From Vulcanimicrobiota bacterium (GTDB lineage Bacteria > Vulcanimicrobiota > Vulcanimicrobiia > Vulcanimicrobiales > Vulcanimicrobiaceae), in assembly GCA_003133025.1 (NCBI GenBank), contig PKZK01000175.1, positions 16,630-34,113 of the forward strand: 17,484 nt of DNA. Direction: 5' to 3'. Positions 8,101 to 16,285 of the stretch are shown here, piece by piece; position 1 is the stretch's first letter; each line of letters starts with the position of its first letter. The notes beneath the pieces are model-generated. The model ran no database searches, was not told where the DNA came from, and saw only the letters and a program-made list of their open reading frames with translations. Position numbers and translations under genes: made by a program.

Positions 8101-8497
8101 CGCCGGAGCTCGCGGAGGTGCCGCTGCCCGACGCACTGCCGGCCTGCTTCGTCAACGCGATCGAGACGTGGACGGCGCGGTCGGGCAGCACGTCGAACTC
8201 TCGCGTGGTCGCGCCGTCGTAGCCGCGCAGGGTTACGCGCATCCGATAGATTCCGATGGGCACGTCGGTAAACTTGATCGCGCCGGAAGCGTTGGTCAGC
8301 GCGTTGGCCGTCTGGGCGCCCAGGAGAAAGGTGCGCACGTTGCCCAGGGGGCGGCTCGTCGTGGCCTCGACCACCTGGAGGTCGATCTCACCGGTCGCGC
8401 TCTGCGCCGCGGCCGGCCGAGCGCACAGCGTCAGCAGCAGCAGCGCGCTCAGCGCCGGGTTGAGCCCCACCCGAAAATTCACCAAACCCCTTCCCAT
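5186..8497 (-). CDS. TonB-dependent receptor-like outer-membrane protein: signal peptide, carboxypeptidase-regulatory-like domain, plug, beta-barrel, plus ~270-aa C-terminal extension
   Basis: Signal peptide ending PAAA-QS; CarboxypepD_reg-like GEIDLQV...PLGNV...TNASGAIKFTDVPIGIYRMRVTLRGY; TonB-box-like LKTIAVVSAR; plug-like DALDKLAGVSV...LTLDGIPL...GGLAGGVNFST; amphipathic beta strands ending in N.FN...PRTLFLSYS. The start may be TTG 8533, ATG 8497 or GTG 8482 (the last has GGAAGG upstream). Confidence 0.85.
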   Translation of the reverse strand: MGRGLVNFRVGLNPALSALLLLTLCARPAAAQSATGEIDLQVVEATTSRPLGNVRTFLLGAQTANALTNASGAIKFTDVPIGIYRMRVTLRGYDGATTREFDVLPDRAVHVSIALTKQAGSASGSGTSASSGAADSGTGNLKTIAVVSARAKVSITTTDINADSPIRRLSDSLTDALDKLAGVSVTSDATDPNSPVQISLHNQDESQTALTLDGIPLSAPGAAGNLRGIGTDLFSGSSVSFSPTAGGLAGGVNFSTLQPTQSLQIRASGTSGTYDRSNYSFAATGSVDNLGFVVQHTWRGSNSPLTFQEYEDQSGIDYAHGGDSVSESDLVKLRYRLGDDRTTVTASALDTNRLAYAICAQDVTVLPCGIGPNNLNFGRYALAYGTVQSLIGNVQTNFSAYANSGNQTTDDLNRYVLSAGNGNPNDPSSYAPTLDPSESLSNTVTRGVAYSASIAEARHTISIVGNTYAAINTNTPIVGSQYVTAYTNAASSSRYQFNDAIKSNEQLTLTPSISFADTSGVGGSFLAGMGAAWTPKLHDAYSVSVNVGSSQPNLSAVRSFSDPVSARFNCGADTALVSGPGDTGDGQKQSATSFNAAWAHTFNGGATFSVNAFSQLQSGQLINANIEEPTAYFDAAGPGYLAALDAAYRAPSVCGVNAPAPAVYVSESVAGTRRLYQGVDLNGRFELSPYIALLPSYSINLATLEAAGGRLEDGPSTTIVGAQLPNRPIHRGNVSIDALLPSAGLEFLANAQYVGSNNQQNLGPYVSVSFGVSHALGPGQVTLFENNAFNTYAGEFAIDATGQPQALSNGGFFRNAGTPLTPRTLFLSYSAAIGGPAPGPAFRQFQRGGGGANRFGQTAQAPQAQTNPAPTASGAPQRQQRFTSNPPPAGTDPLALATTRDSCTADAQTAAKPLFDGIRAYAAAYEKGTKPVDVPNLTIAARKTAAGSSVPYFLELRPNFPRPPGAQQNGNGGGRRGGGGFPGGGGFPGGGPGGPGGGPPGGGPPEGGPPPGGDVTGSSQPQQQRTPAQEAARQAFLNSPALKAFRGFVGCAYITILSQTDAKAKGIVLEGGRPGLLYVPGIGITFVEALQLPQGGGSLKGGQ
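5455..5600 (-). repeat. Gly/Pro-rich low-complexity coding repeat (GGGGFP x2, GGGPP-like units) within the TBDR C-terminal extension
   Basis: Translation NGNGGGRRGGGGFPGGGGFPGGGPGGPGGGPPGGGPPEGGPPPGG; the repeat units use different synonymous codons. Confidence 0.85.
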
Positions 8498-8622
8498 GCA
8501 AAAATCGTACCCGCGGCGGCCGAGCACAGGCAACAGCCTAGGAGACTATCCTCAAGCGGCGCTGTGAGTCGACCGCCGGTCGTTTCGGGGGCAGCCGTCC
8601 GCTGTGGGACGAAGCCGCCGGC

Positions 8623-9285
8623 ATGATGCGTTTGAGCCTCTCGGGCGTCTGCTTGGCCTTCGCCCTCGCACTGGGTCCGTGCGTGGTGCCGTCGTACGCC
8701 TCGGCGGAGCCCGTCTACGATGCCGACGTGCTCATCCAGGCCGGCCACGAGGGGCGCCCGGATTGCGCCGTCGAGCCCGCGCGACTGTGCAACAATACCG
8801 GTGCCGTGGGCGAGATCGAATTGACGCCGGTCGTGGCCGACGCGACGGCGCGCATGTTGCGCGCTGCGGGCATCAGCGTGATTCGTAAGCCGGCTCACAT
8901 CGAGCGTACGTACCGCGTACGCGACGCGCTCTTCATCCATTTCGACGGCAGCGCGCAGCCGTGCGGCAGCAGCGCATCGGTGGGTTATCCCGACGTGGCC
9001 GACTCGCGCGCCGCGGCGCAGCAGTGGAAAGCCTTGTATTCCAAGGGCTGGCACTTCGGCTTCGAGCCCGACAACTTTACGAGCGGCCTGCACGAGTACT
9101 ACGGCTACAAGCACGTCGTCGTCGCAGATGCGGCCCTGCTGGTCGAGGGCGGCGAGCTGACGTGTCCGGCCCAGGCCGCGTGGCTCCACGCGCACGCCGA
9201 TTGGGAAGCGGAATCGCTCGCGCATTTTCTCTCGCTGCGTTTGCACAAAGGCAACATACCTGACCCGGCCCCGCCGCACCGTTAG
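8623..9285 (+). CDS. N-acetylmuramoyl-L-alanine amidase (Amidase_3 family), exported, catalytic domain only (220 aa)
   Basis: Zn-ligand and catalytic pattern VLIQAGHEG...GEIE...FIHFDG...LLVEGGEL, equivalent to D.GHGG / E / S.H.N / L.E.G. Sec signal ending ASA-E. Confidence 0.85.
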   Translation: MMRLSLSGVCLAFALALGPCVVPSYASAEPVYDADVLIQAGHEGRPDCAVEPARLCNNTGAVGEIELTPVVADATARMLRAAGISVIRKPAHIERTYRVRDALFIHFDGSAQPCGSSASVGYPDVADSRAAAQQWKALYSKGWHFGFEPDNFTSGLHEYYGYKHVVVADAALLVEGGELTCPAQAAWLHAHADWEAESLAHFLSLRLHKGNIPDPAPPHR

Positions 9286-9326
9286 GGAGCAGGGGAGCAA
9301 CCGGCGGCGCGGTGAACGGCAGGCGG

Positions 9327-10970
9327 ATGAAAATTCTGTTTGCAGCAGCGTTCTTCGGAGCGGCGCTCGTGCAGTCTGCCGCGGCCGCGCGGTTGCCGGC
9401 CCCCGGGCACGTCGGTCCTACCATTCGCGAGAGCGGCGAGATCGATAACGATACGTATCAGTACGATACGCTGCGCAGCGGCTGGGACAACGCGGAGAGC
9501 GTGCTCAACACGAGCAACGTCGCGTCGGGCAGCTTCGGGAAGTTGTTTTCGGTCAAGGTCGACGGCATCCCGTACACGCAGCCGCTGATCGCGGCGGGCG
9601 AATCGATTTCGGGCGGTGGCACTCACGATCTCCTGATTGCGGGCACCAACCGCGACCGGCTCTACGCGTTCGACGCGAACACGGGCGCGGCGATCTGGTC
9701 GGTTAACTTCGCCTCGCACGGCGCCACCGACGTACCGATCTCCTACACCTATTGCAACAACACCGGCAATAGCGACGGCATCTTGGGCACGCCCGTGATC
9801 GATCGCGGCAGCGACTCGCTCTACGTGGTTGCGGCGACGCTCGAAGGCAAGAAAGGCCAAAAGACGCAGGTCTACAAGCTGCATCATCTGGCGCTCTCGA
9901 CCGGTCAGGAGCTGCAGGGCAGTCCGGTCGAGATCCAGGCGACCTACGGTTCCGGCAGTTCGGCGATCACCTTCAACGCGAACGTGCAGTTCCAGCGTCC
10001 GGCGTTGCTCGAATGGACGCCGCCGAACGGCAGCGGCGATCCGCAGATCGAGATCGGCTTCGGCTCGCAGTGCGACTACAACGGCAACGTCTATCACGGC
10101 TGGATGTTGGCGTACGATGCCTACACCTTGGCGCAAACTGCGGTGCTCAACGTGTCGCCTGCGCAAGACTCCAGCGGGAACTATTACGGCGGCATCTGGA
10201 TGAGCGGCGACGGACCGGCCGAGGACGAGTTCGGGTACACCTACTTCGCGATCGGCAACGGCACGTTCGACGGCGTCACGAGCTTCGGCGAGAGCGTCGT
10301 GAAGTTGCCGCCCGGCCTTTCGAGCAGCGGCTCGGGCTTCCAATTCTTCACGCCGTATACGGTGTTCCAGGACAACGCCTACGACTCGGATACGGGTTCG
10401 GGCGGCATCCTGTTGCTGCCCGATCAAAGCGGAGCGTATCCGCACGAGATCGTGGCGCAAGGTAAGGACGGGATCTTCACGCTGCTCAATCGCGACAACA
10501 TGGGCGGCTACGTTCCGGGCGGCCCCGATAACGCGCTGGCCGAACTCGGCCTGGGCGGCGTGTGGTCGTCGCCGGCGTACTATCAGGATTCGTCCGGCAA
10601 CGCGTACGTATATACGACGGGCGGTCCGCTGTACGCGGTGCAGATCGCGAACGGCACGGCCAACGTCGTGAGCCAGACCAACGTGGGCTTCCCGTCCGAC
10701 AACGGCAACGGTTCGACGCCCACCATCTCGTCGAATCAGAGTCAAGCGGGCACGGCGATTGCGTGGATCGTGCAACGGCCCCAGTACACCTCGTCACAGC
10801 CGCTCGTGTTGTACGCCTTCGATGCGTCGAAGCTCTCGACCACGCTCTTCCACTACAAACTGGGCAAGTGGCCTGCGGGTGGCTCGAATCCAACCCTCGT
10901 GCCCACGGTGGCCAACGGTAAGGTCTACGTGGCCAACGGCTCGTCGCTCATCGCGTTCGGACTGCACTAA
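9327..10970 (+). CDS. Secreted PQQ-binding-like (quinoprotein/BamB-type) beta-propeller repeat protein
   Basis: Signal peptide; TYQYD..RSGW...E..L...NV...FGKLF...VDG..Y.QPL, LYAFDA.TG..IW, GILGTPVID, YHGWMLAYDA, GGIWMSG, GKDG, PTVANGKVYV. Alternative start GTG 9312. Actual PQQ binding is not established. Confidence 0.85.
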   Translation: MKILFAAAFFGAALVQSAAAARLPAPGHVGPTIRESGEIDNDTYQYDTLRSGWDNAESVLNTSNVASGSFGKLFSVKVDGIPYTQPLIAAGESISGGGTHDLLIAGTNRDRLYAFDANTGAAIWSVNFASHGATDVPISYTYCNNTGNSDGILGTPVIDRGSDSLYVVAATLEGKKGQKTQVYKLHHLALSTGQELQGSPVEIQATYGSGSSAITFNANVQFQRPALLEWTPPNGSGDPQIEIGFGSQCDYNGNVYHGWMLAYDAYTLAQTAVLNVSPAQDSSGNYYGGIWMSGDGPAEDEFGYTYFAIGNGTFDGVTSFGESVVKLPPGLSSSGSGFQFFTPYTVFQDNAYDSDTGSGGILLLPDQSGAYPHEIVAQGKDGIFTLLNRDNMGGYVPGGPDNALAELGLGGVWSSPAYYQDSSGNAYVYTTGGPLYAVQIANGTANVVSQTNVGFPSDNGNGSTPTISSNQSQAGTAIAWIVQRPQYTSSQPLVLYAFDASKLSTTLFHYKLGKWPAGGSNPTLVPTVANGKVYVANGSSLIAFGLH

Positions 10971-10989
10971 GGGACGAAGAGAAGAAGTC

Positions 10990-11331
10990 ATGCGTCGATT
11001 CATCAGCGCCGCGATCCTGGGCGCCGCCACCCTCGCTTCCACCATTGCCGGCATTCGTGCCGACGAGGAACAGGCTCCGTACGCGCACACGATCTATGCG
11101 ATCGTCAAGCAGATCAAACCCGCGCAACTCGTCGTGCAAAACCGCAACGGACGGCTGATTACGGTCGACATCTCGGTCGCGCGGCAAACGCATCGCACCG
11201 GCGTGCTCTCCGTCGACCGCCCGGTCGCGCTGCACGGGAATTACGATGCGCTGCACGCCTTCCACGCCGTCTCGATCACCGGCGCTGCCGGCATACGGTA
11301 CTCGCCCGCGGCGTGGCCGCAAGACGAGTGA
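10990..11331 (+). CDS. Small secreted hypothetical protein, possibly OB-fold/DUF5666-like (113 aa)
   Basis: ATG 10990 follows a purine-rich tract (GAAGAGAAGAAG). Signal peptide MRRFISAAILGAATLASTIAGIRA, then a beta-rich body (IVKQI...LVVQNRNGRLITVDIS...L.V..PV..HG) ending WPQDE. The ORF-track start at 10759 overlaps the upstream gene and is unlikely. Confidence 0.75.
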   Translation: MRRFISAAILGAATLASTIAGIRADEEQAPYAHTIYAIVKQIKPAQLVVQNRNGRLITVDISVARQTHRTGVLSVDRPVALHGNYDALHAFHAVSITGAAGIRYSPAAWPQDE

Positions 11332-12527
11332 CCCGGGTGCGGCTCGGCGCCGCGCTCGCGAGTTTCTGGATTTCGACGGCGGGCGTGCTCGCGGCGGTGA
11401 CGCCGCCGGCGCCCGCCGGTTCGATTCTCGTGCCCGGCGCCCCGACGGGCGTCGCCGTGCTCGACGGCGGCGCGCGCGTCGTCGTCGGGTACGAGGGCCG
11501 CTTCGCCATCGCGGGCGGTTTCGCACTGTTCCGGCGCAGCGCGGCGGGCTACGTGCTCGTCAACAGCGTGCGCACCGAGTCCGCGGTCGAAGGTGTGGCG
11601 GTCGGCCCCGACGGCCGCACCGCGGTCGCAACGACGCGCTACGGTTTGGCGGCGGTCGATCTCGCTGCGCTCGAGGCCGGCACCGCGAAGGCGCGCTCGC
11701 TGCGCATCGGCGCCGCGCCCGACGCGAACCAGATCGTGTTCGCGCACGACGGCGCTCACGTGTTCTTCACCGTGCAGCGCTATGCGGAACTCGGAGTTGC
11801 GAGCGTCGCTCCCGGTGATGCGGTGAATCCGCCCACGCTCGACGTCGTCGCGCACGTTCCGCTCGACCGTTCGCCCGGCGGCATTGCGCTCTCGCCCGAC
11901 GGCGAATTGCTGTATGTCACGAGCGAGACCGACGCCGTGGACGGCAAGGCGACGCCGGGCTTCGGCGATCCGCGTTTGGGCCGCGAGAAGTGCGCGTCGA
12001 ATCTCGGCCCGAGCGGCGTGCTCAGCGTCATCGCCGCGGACAAAGCGGTGGCCGACCCGGCTCACGCCGTCTCTGCGAAGATCGCCGCGGGTTGCGCGCC
12101 GACGCGCGTGGCGCTCTCGCCCGACGGGAACACGGCCTGGGTCAGCGTTCGTGGCGAGAACCGCGTGGTGGCCTTCGATACCGCCAAGGTGCGCGACGAC
12201 CCGGCGCACGCGCTGCTCGCGTCGCTCGCCGTGGGCGACGTTCCGGTCGGGCTCGCGCTCTCGCTCGACGGGAACACCGTGCTCGTGGCCAACTCGCATC
12301 GCTCGCGCGATGCCGACGACGCGCGCGAGGCGACGCTCTCGGTGATCGATACGGCGGCCGCGCTCGCAGGCAAACCTGCGGTCGTGGCGTCGTTGCCGAC
12401 GGGTGCGCTGGCCCGCGAAGTCGTCGCCGCGCCGAGCGGCGGGTTCTTCGTGACCGACTATCTCTCGAAGGCGGTGGCCGTCGTGGCGAAGGCGTCGCTG
12501 CGGCCGGCCGCGCCGGCCTCGCGTTAG
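11328..12527 (+). CDS. Secreted YVTN/YncE-family beta-propeller protein
   Basis: Repeats GVAVGPDGRTAV, PGGIALSPDGELLYVT, PTRVALSPDGNTAWVS, VGDVPVGLALSLDGNTVLVANS and LSVIDT. The GTG start overlaps the upstream TGA (GTGA), and the leader is signal-peptide-like. Confidence 0.87.
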   Translation: MTRVRLGAALASFWISTAGVLAAVTPPAPAGSILVPGAPTGVAVLDGGARVVVGYEGRFAIAGGFALFRRSAAGYVLVNSVRTESAVEGVAVGPDGRTAVATTRYGLAAVDLAALEAGTAKARSLRIGAAPDANQIVFAHDGAHVFFTVQRYAELGVASVAPGDAVNPPTLDVVAHVPLDRSPGGIALSPDGELLYVTSETDAVDGKATPGFGDPRLGREKCASNLGPSGVLSVIAADKAVADPAHAVSAKIAAGCAPTRVALSPDGNTAWVSVRGENRVVAFDTAKVRDDPAHALLASLAVGDVPVGLALSLDGNTVLVANSHRSRDADDAREATLSVIDTAAALAGKPAVVASLPTGALAREVVAAPSGGFFVTDYLSKAVAVVAKASLRPAAPASR

Positions 12528-12534
12528 GCTTCCG

Positions 12535-14316
12535 ATGCCGACAACGAGACCGAGCCGCATCCACAAACGCCGCGCCGGCTTGTTCGAGACGGTGCTGGCG
12601 GTCACGTTGGCGGCGATCTCGGTCGTCTTCGCGGTCACCGATGCGTTCGAACCGTGGTCTGGCCAAGGGGATTTCGGCTTCACCGTGGAGACCGGCGGCC
12701 GCGTGACGAGCGTCGTTCCCGGCTCCGTCGCGCAAGCCGCGGGCCTCGAAACGGGCGACGAGGTCGACGTCGGCGCGATGGACGTGCCGGAGCGCCGCTA
12801 CCTGGTCGCGCGTCCGCCGGCCGGCATGCGCGTCACGGTGCCCGTCGACGGACCGGAAGGCAAACGCGTGCTCGAGTTGCGCGCGACGCCGTATCATCGA
12901 ACCGCCTTTCAAACCTTCAACGTGTTGATCGCGGATGCGGTGGCCGTGGCGTTGCCGCTGTTCGCAATCACGCTCGTGTTTTTGCGGCCCTCGGGCCTGA
13001 CGTGGGCGCTCTTGCTCTACGCGGCGATCGGCTCCAACGAGTCCGGTCTGCTCAACACCTACGCGCCGCTACCGCTTTTCGTCATACTCAAAGCCTACGC
13101 CGATCTGCTCTGGTACTCGCTCTGGATCGTCGTGTTCGCGTTCGTGCTGCGCTTCCCGAACGATCATTTGGACGAGCCGCAGCGGCGGGCCGACCGGGCG
13201 TTGCGCGTTGCGCTCGTGGTGGTGCTCTGCCTCTCGGCCTACGTGACGCTGTGGCCCGTTCTCGACAATCCCGGTGTCGAGCCGATCGCGTTCTTCCTAG
13301 AGAAGCTCGATCAGGTCGGCGCGGCCGCGGCGCTGTTGACCCTGTTTGCCGGTTTTCTGCGCGCCGCGCCGCAAGACAGGCCGCGCATCGGCTGGATCTT
13401 GGCCGGCTTCGGCTTGGGCCTCGGCGGCCAATTGCTCTCGGTGGTGCCGAGCCTCGGGGATTTTCCGCTGATCCTCAACCTCGCCGTGCCGCTGAGCATC
13501 GCCTATGCGATCAGGCACCGCGTGATCGACATCCGCTTTGCGCTGAGCCGGGCGCTCGTCTACGGCGCGATGACCACGCTCGCGGTGGTGAGCCTCGCCT
13601 TGATCCATTACTTCATCAGCAAACAATTTGAAGAGTTCCATCTCGGGTTTCTCTTCGATCTGGCCGGAGCGGTCGCGATCGGCTGGGGCATCCAGTTCGT
13701 GCACGGCTTCGTGGAGGCGATCTTCGACCGGTTCGTCTTCCGCGACGTGCACGATGCCGATCAGCGGCTGGAACGGGCGGGGGCTGCGATGCTGCACGCG
13801 CGTTCGAGCGAAACCGTCGTCGCGCTGCTCTGCGAGGAGAGTGCGAGCGCGCTCCGGCTGGCGGGAGTCGCCGTGTTTCTCTCGGCCGACGTTGCCGACG
13901 AAGCCGCGCCGTACCGGCGCGCGGGCGCAGTCGGCTGGGACCATGCGACGCTCTCGGCGTTTTCCGCCGAGGACGCGCTCGTGCTCTACCTCAAGGGCGA
14001 AGAAGGCGCGGTCGACGCGAGCGCGTTGCTCGCCGAGCGCCCGGGCCTGCCCGCCGAAGCCGCGGCGCCCGTGCTCGCGGTGCCCCTGCTCGTGCGTCAC
14101 CGGATGACCGGGTTCGTGCTCTTCGGCGCGCACCTCAACGGCTCGGATCTGGATCCCGACGAACGCAAGCTGCTGGCCGGCTTGACCCGCTCGGCGGCGG
14201 GTGCGATCGAGCACGCTCTCGTGGAGATGAAGATCGCGGAAAACGCCACCTTGCGCGCGGAGAATGCCGTGCTCAAGGAGGTGGTGACGCGCGTTCCCGG
14301 TTCGATCTCAAATTAA
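12535..14316 (+). CDS. Multi-pass membrane sensor-like protein: TM, PDZ, multi-TM bundle, GAF, short coiled coil; no output domain (593 aa)
   Basis: PDZ-like FGFTV...VTSVVPGSVAQAAGLETGDEV; many hydrophobic segments; linker YAIRHRVIDIRFALSRALVY; GAF-like LAVPLLVRHRMTGFVLFGAH..G..LDPDERKLLAGL...A..AIEH; tail ENATLRAENAVLK. Confidence 0.82.
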   Translation: MPTTRPSRIHKRRAGLFETVLAVTLAAISVVFAVTDAFEPWSGQGDFGFTVETGGRVTSVVPGSVAQAAGLETGDEVDVGAMDVPERRYLVARPPAGMRVTVPVDGPEGKRVLELRATPYHRTAFQTFNVLIADAVAVALPLFAITLVFLRPSGLTWALLLYAAIGSNESGLLNTYAPLPLFVILKAYADLLWYSLWIVVFAFVLRFPNDHLDEPQRRADRALRVALVVVLCLSAYVTLWPVLDNPGVEPIAFFLEKLDQVGAAAALLTLFAGFLRAAPQDRPRIGWILAGFGLGLGGQLLSVVPSLGDFPLILNLAVPLSIAYAIRHRVIDIRFALSRALVYGAMTTLAVVSLALIHYFISKQFEEFHLGFLFDLAGAVAIGWGIQFVHGFVEAIFDRFVFRDVHDADQRLERAGAAMLHARSSETVVALLCEESASALRLAGVAVFLSADVADEAAPYRRAGAVGWDHATLSAFSAEDALVLYLKGEEGAVDASALLAERPGLPAEAAAPVLAVPLLVRHRMTGFVLFGAHLNGSDLDPDERKLLAGLTRSAAGAIEHALVEMKIAENATLRAENAVLKEVVTRVPGSISN

Positions 14317-14379
14317 CATCCGCGCAGTGTGCGCTCGTCCCGGCAAGAGGTTGGGCTCGCGCCACCTAAGGCGTGCGTG

Positions 14380-16263
14380 ATGGCCTTTCGTCCGTTCTTC
14401 CCGGCCGCCGTCGCAGCGCTCGCCTGCTGCCTGAACGCAAGCGCGGTTGCGGCGTACGATGCGCTGGGTCCGGGTGCGATCGTGGCCAGCGTGCGCGATC
14501 GCGACGGCAAGCCGCTGGCGGGAGCCGTGGTGACGGCGCTGGGGCCGGCCGAACGTCACGCCACCACGCTGATCGCGGGCATCGTCACGCTGGTCGCGTT
14601 GCCGCTGGGCACGTACCGCGTGCGTGTGGTCAAGCCCGGTTACGAAACGACCGAGGTCGCGATCACCTTGGTCACGCCCAAGGGCTTCGGCTCGCTCAAC
14701 CTGCGGCTCGCGCGCAGCGGGCAAGGCACGAGCCCCGCCTCACTTTCGAATAGCGCGGCGGTGCGGCCGGTGGGCAACGATCCGTTGCTCGCGCACACGC
14801 TCGTGAGCGCGCCGGGCGTCGACCTGCCCGCGAGCGTTTCGGGCACGGCTCCGTACGAGACCGAGGTGAGCGTCGACGGCATCGCGCTCGGCGGACCGTC
14901 GAGCGGTGCGGCGTCGTTTCGACCCGACGCGCTGCCTTTCCAAAGCATCGCGGTGATTTCGGGCCCCGATGCGACCGCGCCGTCGCTCGACGGTATCGTG
15001 GGCGGCGACATCGATCTCCGCACGCAGCCCGCCGCGCATGCGCGCGATGCGGCCGCGTCGGCGGGATACGATTCGGGCTTCGGCAGCTTTCAGCAGATCC
15101 AGGGCGGCGAGTGGTCGGGACCCGCGTCGGCCTCGATCGACGCGGTAACCGGTGGCGGCCTCGAACGCGATCTCGTCGTGCGTACCGGATACGCGCTCTC
15201 GAGCACGACCTCGGTGGGTTTCGACAGTTATCGCTTCGATCGGAACGCGGATCTCAACGCCGCGACGCCGCTCGAGGCTGCGAGCGAGCCCGCCTATTCG
15301 GCGCGCTTGAGCACGCGACTGCTGGGCGGTGCGTTCGACGTGCGTTCCTACGGCAGCGATTATTCCGGCACGACCTCGGGCGAACGGTTGCGCACGCTCG
15401 CGGCAGCCTACGAACGTCCGCTGGGCGCGGGCACGATCGGCTTCTCCGTCGCGCGCAGCGCCGACAACATCGCCGATGAGTTCGCCGGCGACGCGCTGCG
15501 CCAGACCACGTCGATCACGGGACAACTGGGCATCAAGGTGGGCCAAGCGGGCCGTCTCGACGTGGCCGACACGCGTAGCGCCGGTACGGGTCTTCCCGCC
15601 CGGGAAGATCCGCACGTCGCGTTGTCGCTGCCGGTGACGGGCGCGTGGACGCTGCGTGCGAACGCGGGCAGTTCGTACGTGAGCGCGCCGTTCGAGTTGG
15701 TCGCGACCAATGCCGCCGACGTGACCATGGCGCCGGAGACCTCGTTCGGGTATCGCGCGGGCGCGGATCTCGCGCTCGTCGGCGGGTCGACGCTCTCGTT
15801 CGGCACGTTCGGCTTGACGCGCTGGAATCGCTTCGCGAATCTCGCGAGCGCGCGCTCGCAGGGCCTCGACATCGACTATCTGCGCCCGGCGGCGAGCGTG
15901 GGCTGGGGTCTCGACGCCGGCCTCGGGCTCGCGCGCGACGTCGCCTTCGGACCGGCGCAACCGCTGACCCGCGTCGTGCAAAGCGTGCCGGTCGGCGGCG
16001 GCAACATTCCCGGCATCGCCGACACGCGCGCGCGCGTGAGCGTGTCGTACACGACCGCGAAAGGCCTGCAACTGACGGCGACGGCGCTCTCGCTCGGGCC
16101 GAACAACGGCATCACCAATGGCGCCTTACGCTATGGCGCGGTCGGCGCGAGCGTTCCCGTGTTCCGCTATTTCGCGCTCCACCTCGACGGTGCGACGCCG
16201 CTGGGCAGCGTCGCACCGCGGACGTTGTCGCTCTCGCTCGGAGCGGCGACCGGCACGCGCTGA
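14380..16263 (+). CDS. Compact TonB-dependent receptor-like protein with N-terminal carboxypeptidase-regulatory-like domain
   Basis: Signal peptide; GAIVASVRDRDGKPLAGAVVT...LPLGTYRVRVVKPGY; reduced plug (APGVDL...VSVDGI...IAVISGP...GGDIDLRT); beta strands including DPHVALS...WTLRANAGSSY.SAP...PETSFGY; ends PRTLSLSL. ATG 14380 is preferred over GTG 14329. Confidence 0.75.
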   Translation: MAFRPFFPAAVAALACCLNASAVAAYDALGPGAIVASVRDRDGKPLAGAVVTALGPAERHATTLIAGIVTLVALPLGTYRVRVVKPGYETTEVAITLVTPKGFGSLNLRLARSGQGTSPASLSNSAAVRPVGNDPLLAHTLVSAPGVDLPASVSGTAPYETEVSVDGIALGGPSSGAASFRPDALPFQSIAVISGPDATAPSLDGIVGGDIDLRTQPAAHARDAAASAGYDSGFGSFQQIQGGEWSGPASASIDAVTGGGLERDLVVRTGYALSSTTSVGFDSYRFDRNADLNAATPLEAASEPAYSARLSTRLLGGAFDVRSYGSDYSGTTSGERLRTLAAAYERPLGAGTIGFSVARSADNIADEFAGDALRQTTSITGQLGIKVGQAGRLDVADTRSAGTGLPAREDPHVALSLPVTGAWTLRANAGSSYVSAPFELVATNAADVTMAPETSFGYRAGADLALVGGSTLSFGTFGLTRWNRFANLASARSQGLDIDYLRPAASVGWGLDAGLGLARDVAFGPAQPLTRVVQSVPVGGGNIPGIADTRARVSVSYTTAKGLQLTATALSLGPNNGITNGALRYGAVGASVPVFRYFALHLDGATPLGSVAPRTLSLSLGAATGTR

Positions 16264-16285
16264 AGGCTCGCGCTCCGCTGCGTAG

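Noticed and set aside
9282..16071. Long antisense ORFs (9282..10775, 11241..12683, 13297..14214, 14740..16071) and other Arg/Ala-rich alternative-frame ORFs
   Set aside because: These are shadows of well-supported plus-strand genes, expected in high-GC DNA with few stop codons, and they carry no recognisable motifs.
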